A DNA stretch of 64,000 nucleotides, taken from assembly GCA_033581555.1 (NCBI GenBank), contig JAVQSZ010000005.1, forward strand, positions 76,832 to 140,831, read 5' to 3'. The DNA is from Nitrososphaerota archaeon. Its GTDB lineage: Archaea; Thermoproteota; Nitrososphaeria_A; Caldarchaeales; Calditenuaceae. A program made the translations under genes and the position numbers. The notes under the pieces are model-generated. The model made no database searches, was not told where the DNA came from, and was given only the letters and a program-made list of their open reading frames with translations. Positions 18,911-28,034 of this stretch are shown here, piece after piece; the first letter of the stretch is position 1, and every line of letters begins with the position of its first letter.

Positions 18911-21200
18911 GCCCCTCCCCACCGGCCTTGAGCTTGTCGACGACGCCCGCCTCCTTCAGGAGCCAGTAGACCTTTTCAGGGGTCATGGGGACCGAGGTGG
19001 GCTCGACGCCGCACGCGTCCGCGATCGCGTTGGCTATCGCCGGCGCGACCGAGAGGATCCCGACCTCGCCTATGCCCTTCGCGCCGAACGGCCCCTCCTC
19101 CTCGAAGGTCTCGACGGGTATCACATCGATCCTCGGGGAGTCCTTCGAGCTCGGTATCAGGTAGGTGGAGAGGTCCCTAGTCAGCAGGTATCCGTCGGCG
19201 ATCTTGGCGTCCTCCATCAGCGCGAACCCCAGCCCCTGGACCACCGCGCCCTCGATCTGGCCGGTGAAGTTGAGCGGGTTGATCACCCTTCCAGCGTCGA
19301 CGACCGAGACGACCCTCGGGACCGTCACGGACCCCGTGAGGACGTTCACGACCACCTCCGCGACCGTCACGCCGAACATGAAGAAGAGGTGCGGTATCTC
19401 GAGCGTACCGGGTATCGGCTCGACCTTGGGGACCTCGTAAGTCCCGACGACCCCCCTCCCCAGCCCCTTCGCCTCCAGCCTCTCCGCCAGCTCTCCGAGT
19501 GGGACAGGCCTCCCGGAGTCGACGACCGCGCCCTCCTCCGTGAACGAGACGCTCGAGGGCCTCTTTCCCGTCTCCGCCTCGAAGAGGTCCTTCACCCTCT
19601 CCGCCAACGCCTCAACCGCCCTCCTCAGCGCGTTCCCAGCCAGGAAGACCTGCCTCGACGCCGAGGTGACGCTGGTGTCAGGGGACCTCTCGGTGTCCGC
19701 GAAGAGCACTCGGACCCTCTCGACGGGGACCCTGAGGAGCTCGGCGGCGAGCTGTGCGACGGACTCCACCACGCCCTGGCCGATCTCCGTGAAGCTCCCG
19801 CCCACTACGACCGTTCCGTCGGGGTTCAGCTCGAGCGAGACGCTCCCCCTGTCGGGAAGGGCGCCGATCGTGTAACCCTTCATCCCGGCCGCGACGCCTA
19901 TCCCCCTCCTCAGCCACGGGTACTCGAGTTCCACCGGCCTCCCCCTCTCCCTCCAGAGCGGGTGCTCCCTCGCGGCCCTGAGGCAGTCGTAGATCCCGAC
20001 GCTCCCCTCCATCCTGTTCCCGAAGACGTAGACGTCGCCTTTCCTGACCGCGTTGATCATCCTCAGCTCGATCGGGTCCATCCCGAGCTTCCTCGCGATC
20101 CTGTCGACCTGCCTCTCCATCGCGAAGAGCACCTGCGGAGCGCCGAAGCCCCTGAAGGCCGAGGCGACCATGTTGTTGGTGTAGACGAGGTAAGCGTCGA
20201 TCTTCGCGTTCGCGATCCTGTAGGGGCCGTTGCAGTTCTCGATCGCGACGTCCAACACGGCTGGACCCAGGGCCGCGTAGGCTCCGGTGTCGTAGATGAT
20301 CTCGACCTCGTTGGCGAGCAGCCGGCCGTCCCTCGAGGCAGCGGTCCTCATTCTGATCACCGCAGGATGCCTCTTGGTCCCAGAGACCATCGACTCCTCC
20401 CTCGACAGGACGAGCCTCGCGGCCCTCCCGGTCTTCATCGTCACCAGCGCCAAGTGTATTTGGACCGAGACGTCGTCCTTCCCTCCGAACGCTCCGCCGA
20501 CGTAGGGCGTAATCACCCGTATCCTCTCCGGGGGGAGGTCGAGGGCGTGGGCGATCTCGGCCCTGTCGCGATGAGGGGACTGTCCTCCGGCCACCACGAC
20601 TATCCTCCCCTGCTCGTCGAGGTAGGAGATCCCGGCCTCCGTCTCGAGGAACGCGTGGATCTGGGTGCCGGTGGTGTAGGTCCCCTCGACCACCACGTCG
20701 GCCGCCGCGAAGGCCGCCTCCACGTCACCGAACCTGAGGCTGGTCTGTCTGCAGACGTTCCCGCCTTCGTGGACCTTCGGCGAGTCGGGCATCATCGCCC
20801 TGACCGGGTCCGTCACCGGGGGCAACGGTTCGTACTCGACATCGATCAGCCTGACCGCCTCCGAGGCCGCCTCCCTCGTCTCGGCGGCCACCAGCGCGAC
20901 CGGGTCGCCGATGTACCTGACCTTGTCGTCGCAGAGGACTGGCCTGTCCTTCACGAAGACGCCGAACCTGTTGACTGGAACGTCCTGGTGCGTGAGTACC
21001 GCAACTACTCCGGGATAGGACTTGGCCCTTGAGGCATCGATCCGCTTGATCAGGGCGTGTGGGTACCTGCTCCTTAGGACCGAGACCCAGAGGAAGTCGT
21101 CGGGGAAGAGGTCGGAGGCGTACTTCGCCGCGCCGGTCGCTTTCTCGAGCGCGTCCCTCCTGACAACCGGCGCACCGACGTAGGTCGTCCTGGAGGTCAG
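18903..21200 (-). CDS. Xanthine dehydrogenase-family molybdopterin-binding subunit
   Basis: KATGAAKY, VGGAFGGK, AFRGFGAPQ, EIGQG, GQIEG, GAKGIGE; probable CTG start 21200. Confidence 0.92.
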   Translation of the reverse strand: MTSRTTYVGAPVVRRDALEKATGAAKYASDLFPDDFLWVSVLRSRYPHALIKRIDASRAKSYPGVVAVLTHQDVPVNRFGVFVKDRPVLCDDKVRYIGDPVALVAAETREAASEAVRLIDVEYEPLPPVTDPVRAMMPDSPKVHEGGNVCRQTSLRFGDVEAAFAAADVVVEGTYTTGTQIHAFLETEAGISYLDEQGRIVVVAGGQSPHRDRAEIAHALDLPPERIRVITPYVGGAFGGKDDVSVQIHLALVTMKTGRAARLVLSREESMVSGTKRHPAVIRMRTAASRDGRLLANEVEIIYDTGAYAALGPAVLDVAIENCNGPYRIANAKIDAYLVYTNNMVASAFRGFGAPQVLFAMERQVDRIARKLGMDPIELRMINAVRKGDVYVFGNRMEGSVGIYDCLRAAREHPLWRERGRPVELEYPWLRRGIGVAAGMKGYTIGALPDRGSVSLELNPDGTVVVGGSFTEIGQGVVESVAQLAAELLRVPVERVRVLFADTERSPDTSVTSASRQVFLAGNALRRAVEALAERVKDLFEAETGKRPSSVSFTEEGAVVDSGRPVPLGELAERLEAKGLGRGVVGTYEVPKVEPIPGTLEIPHLFFMFGVTVAEVVVNVLTGSVTVPRVVSVVDAGRVINPLNFTGQIEGAVVQGLGFALMEDAKIADGYLLTRDLSTYLIPSSKDSPRIDVIPVETFEEEGPFGAKGIGEVGILSVAPAIANAIADACGVEPTSVPMTPEKVYWLLKEAGVVDKLKAGGEGHG

Positions 21201-22081
21201 AGGACACCGACCTCCCTCGCGATCCTCCAGAGGGTCATGAAGACGTAGTTGACCGAGAGCTCCCTGCGGTACGCCGCGGAGCCCCTGACGTCGTCGATCG
21301 GCGAGATGGACCTCAACACTGCCCGGGCCGCCTCCCACATGACGTCCTCCCTGAGCCTCCTCCCCTTCAGGGCCCTCTCGGCCTCGTGTGCCCTCACGAC
21401 CGTAGGCGCGACGGCTCCCAGCGCTATCGCAGCGCCCCTCACCAGGTCTCCCTCGAGGTCCAGGAGGACCGCGCCGTTGACAACCGATATCGCGTCGCCC
21501 TGCCTGAGGCCGTGCTTGAAGAAGTGGCCCACCTCGCCCCCCTTCTCCGCTCTCAGTCGGACCTCAACGAGCAGCTCGTCGGGCCTCATGTCCAGCCTCT
21601 TATAGCCCCTATAGAACTCCGTGATCCCGACGGTCCTGGTCCCCTTGAGGCTGGCCAGCTTCAGCTCCGCGTCGTGGACGTAGAGCGCGGGGAGCGAGTC
21701 CGCGGCGGGAGAGGCGTTGACGACGTTGCCGCCTATCGTCCCCTTGTTCATTATCTGGACCGAGCCGACCGTCTCCGCGGCCTCCGCGAGGACCGGCGCG
21801 TGCCTCCTGATCACCTCTGAGGAGGCGATCTCGGAGAACGTCGTCAGCGCGCCTATCGCGATCGTCTCGTCCTCGTGCCTGACGTACTTCAGCTCCCAGA
21901 GCCCCGAGACGTCCAGCAGGTCGGACTTCTGAACGGCACCAGACCTCATCTGGACCAACAGGTCCGTCCCTCCAGCGAGCACCTTGATACCCCTCCTTTC
22001 CGCGAGGACCCTGAGGGCCTCGTCCAGGTCCCTGGGGACCAGGACGTCGACGTCGTGGAGGAGGACCTCCAACTCAGGCAC
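21197..22081 (-). CDS. Xanthine dehydrogenase-family FAD-binding subunit
   Basis: AGGTDL, TIGGNVVNASPAAD, DDVRGSAAYR. Confidence 0.92.
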   Translation of the reverse strand: MPELEVLLHDVDVLVPRDLDEALRVLAERRGIKVLAGGTDLLVQMRSGAVQKSDLLDVSGLWELKYVRHEDETIAIGALTTFSEIASSEVIRRHAPVLAEAAETVGSVQIMNKGTIGGNVVNASPAADSLPALYVHDAELKLASLKGTRTVGITEFYRGYKRLDMRPDELLVEVRLRAEKGGEVGHFFKHGLRQGDAISVVNGAVLLDLEGDLVRGAAIALGAVAPTVVRAHEAERALKGRRLREDVMWEAARAVLRSISPIDDVRGSAAYRRELSVNYVFMTLWRIAREVGVL

Positions 22082-22538
22082 CCGCCGCCCTCAGGACCGC
22101 GGCCACGACCTTCGCGTACCCGGTGCACCTGCAGAGGTTCCCCCTTATCGCGTCCCTCACCTCCTCCTCAGTCGGCCTCGGGTTCCTTGAGAGGAGCGCG
22201 TAGGAGGCCACGATCAGGCCCGGAGTGCAGTGGCCGCACTGGACCGCGCCCGACTCGACGAACGCCCTCACCAGCGGGTGTCCCGGATCGATCCCCTCGA
22301 TCGTCGTGACCCTCCTCCCCTCGACCTGGGTCATCGCGGTAAGGCACGCGTGGACTGGTTCGCCGTCGATGAGGACGGTGCACTCGCCGCAGTCCCCCCT
22401 AGCGCAGCCCTCCTTCGTCCCGGTCATCCTGAGCTCGTACCTCAGGACCTCGAGGAGCGAGTACGCAGGGGGAGCCCTGACCTTCACCGGTTTACCGTTC
22501 AGAACGAAGCTGAACTCCCTCTCGATCCTGTGGACCAT
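22074..22538 (-). CDS. Xanthine dehydrogenase-family [2Fe-2S] subunit
   Basis: GTKEGCARGDCGECTV, QCGHCTPG, GNLCRCTGY; ATG at 22538. Confidence 0.93.
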   Translation of the reverse strand: MVHRIEREFSFVLNGKPVKVRAPPAYSLLEVLRYELRMTGTKEGCARGDCGECTVLIDGEPVHACLTAMTQVEGRRVTTIEGIDPGHPLVRAFVESGAVQCGHCTPGLIVASYALLSRNPRPTEEEVRDAIRGNLCRCTGYAKVVAAVLRAAGA

Positions 22539-22634
22539 CCGTGACGTTCCAAACCCCCGACTGAAGATAAAAACGTGAACCGTCTCTCCGGGACGCGACA
22601 GACATATCAGAGACCGGGCCCGTCTAGGCGAGAG

Positions 22635-22931
22635 ATGCTGGTCTACAAGGGGAGCAAGGAGGCGGTCGCGAAGGTCGTCGAGCGGATCCTCTCCGACGAC
22701 ATCGGCTCGAGGGCTAACGTCATCGTCAGGGACGCGGCGCAGCTGACCGGAGGCCAGGGCCAGTACGTCAGGGTGCTCGGGACAGAGGAGCAAGAGGCCA
22801 GGGTCAGGGAGCTGGTCGGGCTTGAGCTCGAGGAGGTCAAGGGTGAGGAGCTCGAACGGGTCGTGAGTGCGCTCCGCGAGGAGGACGAGAGGGCGCTCTC
22901 GGGGATGGGGATGATCTTCGGCGGCGAGTAG
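22635..22931 (+). CDS. Small conserved-looking archaeal hypothetical protein
   Basis: Typical codon usage; ends ALSGMGMIFGGE. Confidence 0.65.
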   Translation: MLVYKGSKEAVAKVVERILSDDIGSRANVIVRDAAQLTGGQGQYVRVLGTEEQEARVRELVGLELEEVKGEELERVVSALREEDERALSGMGMIFGGE

Positions 22932-23008
22932 GACCCGGCGTGCTGACGTGTCACATGCATGCGACTGTATACCGTATATTATCATGATGCATACGTGACG
23001 AATGTTTA

Positions 23009-23576
23009 ATGGGGACGCTTGATAACATTAATGATACAGGGAAATCGGTCTGGGCATCTAGGTTCATAATGGCGGCGATCATCTAGGGCGCCCTGGCCAC
23101 CGCGAACACGCTGTTCTGGGTGGTAGGGCAGCTCGGATTCCTGAGGCCGGAGGTCAGCAGGGTCATCGCCTTCGGCAGCGCGGGGACTTGGTTCACGGTC
23201 GGGTACACGACCTACCTGATCGTCGGCGTGGTCGCGATGGCGGTCACGGCCCTCTTCTACCACTACATCGAAAACGTGCTCGGTAAGCCCTACACCGGCA
23301 TAGCCAACACGTTCGCATGGTTACACTTAGTACTGATGAACGTCGGCGTGGTGGGTGCGACTTGGATGATGATCGGAGGCTATCAGGGAGGAGCCGCCAT
23401 GCTGCCGCCCGCCGTCGGGGGGGGGGGGGGGATGGAACGCGACGATGGTGCACGTTAACGTCTTCTACGGCATCCCGCTGGGTTATCCGACGTGGATAGC
23501 GCTCTTCATCTTCGTGCTAGCTGCCGGGGTCATCTTCGGAGGGCTTGGCTACCTGATAACTTGGCGGAGGAGGTAG
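23009..23576 (+). pseudogene. Disrupted multi-pass membrane protein gene (amber codon plus poly-G frameshift)
   Basis: ATG 23009 MGTL...WASRFIMAAII, TAG 23084-23086, frame continues to PPAVGGGG; G15 at 23417-23431; shifted frame continues GWNATMVH...GGLGYLITWRRR to TAG 23576. Confidence 0.8.
23417..23431 (+). repeat. Homopolymer G15 tract
   Basis: gtc ggggggggggggggg atgg read directly. Confidence 0.9.
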
Positions 23577-23683
23577 ACTGCCCCTGACTTTACTCATCAG
23601 TATTTTTGTGACACGCGCTTTTTCATTTGTCGCGCAGTTCCATTACGGATGCGCCAACATCCCAATTTGCCGCACAGCGTGGC

Positions 23684-24706
23684 TTAGGTGGTCAGCCAGC
23701 TCGACATGCTCTCGGTGGACCTGACTATCCTCGCGCCCTCTGAAGCGAACTTCCTGTAGTAGAGATCGGCGGCCTCGGTGTAGTCCACAACGCCCTTCAC
23801 GACGACCGGAGAGGAGCAGTCGTCGAGCAGGAATACCTTATTGACCAAAGCTGGGTCCCTCTCCTTGAAGGCGTTGATCAGGTCCTCAACGGTCCACGCG
23901 ACGCAGTGGCTCTTCGCCTGACCCGCGACCAGGATCACGTCGTATCCGCTCAGCTCCTGCACGAGCTCCACGTCCAGAGCACCCAGCTTCTCGCCGTCGG
24001 GGCCGGTCTTGACCTCCGGCTGCAGCGCTGAGTAGTGCTCGGTGAACGGGTTCGTCCCCTTGATCCTGATGAAGGGCTGCGAGGCCCTCGCGATCGAGTG
24101 GAAGAAGACCGCCTCCTCAACCGCAGAGACTATCGCGTGGCCTATCCCTCCCAGCATCGCGTGGAACGGCCATATCGTGAGCTCGTACTTTCCCGACCTC
24201 TCCAGCGACTCGACGTAGTGGAGCAGGTGCCTCTGGGCCCACTCTCTCGATACCCCCAGCGCGTTGCAGGCCTCCGGGTCCACGGACCACCTCCCGCGCC
24301 TCACGTCCTCGACCGAGATCCTCGTGTAGGGCTCAGGGTGGTTTCCGTCCCTGTCGACTAGGAAGGTCTCGTGGAAGATCTGGTAAGCTTGGTGAGTGTC
24401 CATCGTCAGATAGATCCTAGTTATGTTCTCGAGGTTCCTGTAGACGAACTGGCAGAGCCTTACGTTGTCCTCGACTGCTCCTAGCCCAGACCTCCCGGCC
24501 ACGAAGAGCTCGAAGCCAGGTACGCAGAAGGTGTTCTGGACGTCGATCAGTAGCAGCGCGACCCTGAGGTCGTCCTTCGACGCGGGCCTGACTCCGTACG
24601 TCCTAGCCCACCTCCTCGCGTCCCTCGCCCTCTCCGCGTACTCGACCCTCCAGACGTCGCCCACCAGCTCGGGCCTGAAGTGGGGAGGAATGGGGAGCTC
24701 CCTCAT
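23684..24706 (-). CDS. Cysteine hydrolase, nicotinamidase/isochorismatase family
   Basis: LLIDVQNTF (Asp), DTH, WPFH, IKG (Lys), AKSHCV (Cys); divergent from pncB. Confidence 0.82.
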   Translation of the reverse strand: MRELPIPPHFRPELVGDVWRVEYAERARDARRWARTYGVRPASKDDLRVALLLIDVQNTFCVPGFELFVAGRSGLGAVEDNVRLCQFVYRNLENITRIYLTMDTHQAYQIFHETFLVDRDGNHPEPYTRISVEDVRRGRWSVDPEACNALGVSREWAQRHLLHYVESLERSGKYELTIWPFHAMLGGIGHAIVSAVEEAVFFHSIARASQPFIRIKGTNPFTEHYSALQPEVKTGPDGEKLGALDVELVQELSGYDVILVAGQAKSHCVAWTVEDLINAFKERDPALVNKVFLLDDCSSPVVVKGVVDYTEAADLYYRKFASEGARIVRSTESMSSWLTT

Positions 24707-24829
24707 CGGGCGTTCCTGACTCGAGCCTGGAGATCAGCGTTCCCGAACCGGTAAAGCGATCTCGCTCGAGGACCGTTGCCTAGAAATTACACGTTAAAAA
24801 GACTCGTCCCCGATTGAGGTGGAACCGGG

Positions 24830-26041
24830 ATGAGCCTCAGGCCGAAGATCTACTGCGCCGACGAGAGGACGATCCTCGAGGGTCGGGTGACCGACGTCTA
24901 CTTCCTTAGGACCGAGGAGATCGTGAGGAGGAGCGGTCTTGGGGAGAGGAGGGTCTGCGCGGACGTCCACAGCTACGGCCTGCCCGAGGGGTACTCTTGG
25001 GCGGTCTTCGCGGGGCTCGAGGAGGCACTCAAGCTTCTCGAGGGCAGGAGGGTGAACGTCTACGCGATGGAGGAGGGCGAGGTCTTCAGGCCGATGGAGC
25101 CCGTGATGGAGATCGAGGGGCCCTACGCCGAGTTCGGTGTCCTCGAGTCCTCGATCCTTGGGGCCCTCAGGCACGAGTCCAGCGTCGCCACTAAGGCCGC
25201 GAGGGTGAGGCTCGCGACGTGGGGAAAGCTGCTGGTCTTCTTCGGGATAAGGTGCGTCCACCCGGCCGTGGCTCCCGCGGTCGACAGGGCCGCGTTCATA
25301 GGAGGATGCGACGCGGTCTCGGGCGTCCTCGGGGCCGAGATGCTGGGCGAAAGGCCGGTCGGGACGATGCCTCACGCCCTGATCATCCTCTTCGGCGACC
25401 AGGAGAAGGCGTGGATGGCCTTCGACGAGGTCATGCCGCCGGAGGTCCCGAGGATAGCGCTCTGCGACACCTTCGACGACGAGCGCGTCGAGTCCCTGAA
25501 GGCCGCGAGGGCGCTGGGGAGGAGGCTCCACGCTGTGAGGCTCGACACGCCGAGCTCGAGGAGGGGCAACATGAGGGCGATCGTCGAGGAGGTCAAGTGG
25601 ACGTTGAGGGTGAACGGCTACGACTGGGTGGGGGTCTTCGTCAGCGGCGGCATAGACGAGGAGGAGGCGAAGGAGCTGGTCGACGTCGCCGACGGGTTCG
25701 GCGTGGGGACCTCGATCGCGTTCCCGCCATCGGTCGACCTGGCCATGGACATCGTCGAGGTAGACGGCTCGCCGCTCTCGAAGAGGGGAAAGCTCCCCGG
25801 GAGGAAGCAGGTCTACAGGTGCGAGAGGTTCCACGACACCCTCGTCCCGCGGACTATGGAGCTGGAGAGGTGTCCGACCTGCGGAGGCGAGGTGAGACCG
25901 CTGCTGAGGCCCGTGATGCTCAACGGAGAGCTGGTCAAGCCGATTGAACCTCCGAGGGAGATCAGGGAGCGGGTGATCAAGAGGCTCAGCGCGATCAGGG
26001 AGATGGACGGCCAACTCCCGCCGGTAAAGGTCTTCGCGTAG
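24830..26041 (+). CDS. pncB: Nicotinate phosphoribosyltransferase
   Basis: TDVYF, GTMPHA, VRLDTPSSRRG, VSGG, FGVGT, KRGKLPG. Confidence 0.92.
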   Translation: MSLRPKIYCADERTILEGRVTDVYFLRTEEIVRRSGLGERRVCADVHSYGLPEGYSWAVFAGLEEALKLLEGRRVNVYAMEEGEVFRPMEPVMEIEGPYAEFGVLESSILGALRHESSVATKAARVRLATWGKLLVFFGIRCVHPAVAPAVDRAAFIGGCDAVSGVLGAEMLGERPVGTMPHALIILFGDQEKAWMAFDEVMPPEVPRIALCDTFDDERVESLKAARALGRRLHAVRLDTPSSRRGNMRAIVEEVKWTLRVNGYDWVGVFVSGGIDEEEAKELVDVADGFGVGTSIAFPPSVDLAMDIVEVDGSPLSKRGKLPGRKQVYRCERFHDTLVPRTMELERCPTCGGEVRPLLRPVMLNGELVKPIEPPREIRERVIKRLSAIREMDGQLPPVKVFA

Positions 26042-26132
26042 TCCGACCCCGACCCAGGGGACTTCACGCCGTCAGCCTCCCGGCGGAGCGGCTGTCACAA
26101 CTTTCTAATAACGGACGCTCGCTGAGTCCCCC

Positions 26133-26636
26133 GTGTCGGAGGAAGGGGACCGAGTCAAGGTCACGATCGAGTACCGAGGACTTCAGACGTCGTTCGAGGG
26201 CGACCCTGAGGGAGTCGTCAGGGCGGTGAACGCGTTCCTCGAGAAGGTCCTGCCCTCCTACTCGCTGGCGAGGAAGCTCAGCGTCGACGTCTCCGCGGAG
26301 GAGGTGATCAAGGCCCTCGAGGGCTACGTGGTCCATGACAGGACGGTCGGTTTCGTCCATAAGCCGACCATCCACGGCCTCCCAGCGGCCGACCAGATCC
26401 TCTCGGTGCTCGCGGCGAGGTGGCTCGAGCACGTCTTCGGGATGAGGGACAGGCCCGCCGTTTCCCTGAAGGCGATCTCCGAGGCCCTGGGTCTGAAGAG
26501 GGGGACGCTGACCGCTGCGCTCTCCGAGCTGAGGAGGTCCGGCTGCGTCAGGAGCGCAGAACGGGGCGATTACGAGATCACGGCGGTCGGGCTTCAGACT
26601 CTTGCCGAGAGGCTTGCCGAGAGGTCGAGGCAGTGA
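26133..26636 (+). CDS. Hypothetical protein with C-terminal winged helix
   Basis: SLKAISEALGLKRGTLTAALSELRRSGCV...GDYEIT. Confidence 0.7.
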   Translation: MSEEGDRVKVTIEYRGLQTSFEGDPEGVVRAVNAFLEKVLPSYSLARKLSVDVSAEEVIKALEGYVVHDRTVGFVHKPTIHGLPAADQILSVLAARWLEHVFGMRDRPAVSLKAISEALGLKRGTLTAALSELRRSGCVRSAERGDYEITAVGLQTLAERLAERSRQ

Positions 26637-27051
26637 CGTCCGCGGGCTGACCCCTAGAGGGCGCAAAGTAGACGTACCTCCTGGGCGCGCCGCCCCTCGC
26701 CAGCCTCTCCTCCCTGACCAGGTCCAGCAGCACGTGCCCGACCGCGGTCGAGTCAAACCCGTACCCCCTCCTCGCGACCTCCCGAGTCACGTCAGAGAGA
26801 GTCCTCGGCTCCGAGAAGAAGCCCTCCGCCAGGAGCCTCTCGACGACCTGCCTGCAGGTGATCGGTTTCGGCCGCTCCCGCTCCTCCCTCTCCTCCAGCC
26901 CCTCCGCTCTCGCGCCGCCCAACGCCTCAACGACCCTCCTCACGCCCTCCTCGATCTGGTCCAGCCCCGCCTCGATCTCGACCTCATAGGCTCCTACCTT
27001 CAGCCTAACCTTGACTCTTTCAGTTGATTTTTCATGAGACAAGCCGGGCAC
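26578..27051 (-). CDS. Hypothetical protein with C-terminal winged helix
   Basis: EGFFSEPRTLSDV...GY...LLDLVREERLAR...RRYVY. Confidence 0.7.
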   Translation of the reverse strand: MPGLSHEKSTERVKVRLKVGAYEVEIEAGLDQIEEGVRRVVEALGGARAEGLEEREERERPKPITCRQVVERLLAEGFFSEPRTLSDVTREVARRGYGFDSTAVGHVLLDLVREERLARGGAPRRYVYFAPSRGQPADVTASTSRQASRQESEARPP

Positions 27052-27098
27052 CTCCAGAAAAATTTAATAGGAAGCTTCCTTCAATCAATTGATGGATC

Positions 27099-28034
27099 AT
27101 GAAGGTCATGAGCGGTTTGATGAACATCATGGAGCACATCGACGTTCAAGAGTTTTCGCCGATATTTATGAGTGTAGTAAGAGACTGCATCGCTTCTTTC
27201 CGGTGGAGGGAGAGGCGTCCGCGCGGCTCACCGATCGTCTTCGGTGCCGAGGAGCTGCTCGACGGGTTCTGCAGGTCGCCCGACCTGAGCGGGTGCGAGG
27301 TCTACGAGCTACGGGGGCGGGGTACGCGGAGGAGCGTCGCCGCAGTCGACGCCTCGGTGACGGCGATCGGGCTCTGGGACGGAGGGGTGCTGGCCTCGCT
27401 GAAGGGCGCGGTGGTCCAGAGGTCCCACGAAGGGGTCAGGGTTACGGTCCTGGGCCCGGTCCCTAAGTACGTTCCTCTGGAGGTGACGGACGACCCCGTC
27501 GGCGACTCGGTGCTGCTCAGTGAGCTCAGGTGGTTCGAGAGGCACCTCCAGGCCTTCGCGGCCTCACAGGAGGGGCCGGAGCTGCTGCTGTTCGACTCTC
27601 CGCTCGCAAAGGTCGACAGGGGCGTGCTCGAGCTCTCCAGGAGCAGGCACGTGGTCGGCGTCGTCAAGTCGAGCCCGCTTGCCTTGATTCCAGGGGCCCT
27701 TGAACTCCCACCGACCCGCGGGGTCGGAGCTGTGGCCCTCGTCAGGGAGGGGGAGTTCGCGGTCACGGTCTCGAGGCTCTCGCCCAACGGACTACCGCTG
27801 AGGATTGACGTCTGGCCCGCGGACGGGTGGAGGGAGGCTCTTGAGGACGTCCTGACCAGCGACTGCCTCGTCCACGGTTACCCCGAGTCCCTGGCGCTGG
27901 CCCACGCGTACTCCAGGCAGACCTGGCCCGAGGTCTTTGCGTTGAGGTCGCTTCTGACGAGGGAGCTGCGCGCGGGGTGCATTGAGGCCCCGGACGTGAG
28001 GTCGACGGTCCTCTCGCCGTTCGACGGGAGATGA
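27099..28034 (+). CDS. nurA: NurA-family nuclease
   Basis: VAAVDAS, FE, LLLFDSPL, VGVVKSS, GYPESLALAH; ATGA-coupled to HerA gene. Confidence 0.8.
   Translation: MKVMSGLMNIMEHIDVQEFSPIFMSVVRDCIASFRWRERRPRGSPIVFGAEELLDGFCRSPDLSGCEVYELRGRGTRRSVAAVDASVTAIGLWDGGVLASLKGAVVQRSHEGVRVTVLGPVPKYVPLEVTDDPVGDSVLLSELRWFERHLQAFAASQEGPELLLFDSPLAKVDRGVLELSRSRHVVGVVKSSPLALIPGALELPPTRGVGAVALVREGEFAVTVSRLSPNGLPLRIDVWPADGWREALEDVLTSDCLVHGYPESLALAHAYSRQTWPEVFALRSLLTRELRAGCIEAPDVRSTVLSPFDGR

Noticed and set aside
18705-21032. 775-aa plus-strand ORF and many other long antisense ORFs
   Set aside because: Shadow ORFs opposite well-supported genes, expected in high-GC DNA; no recognisable motifs.
18903-22538. Aerobic CO dehydrogenase (coxLMS)
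   Set aside because: Active-site loop is AFRGFG, not the form I AYxCSFR.
23084-23086. Pyrrolysine or stop-codon readthrough at in-frame TAG codons (also 57060)
   Set aside because: Both genes also carry frameshifts, no pyl genes are in the window, and TAG ends many normal genes here.
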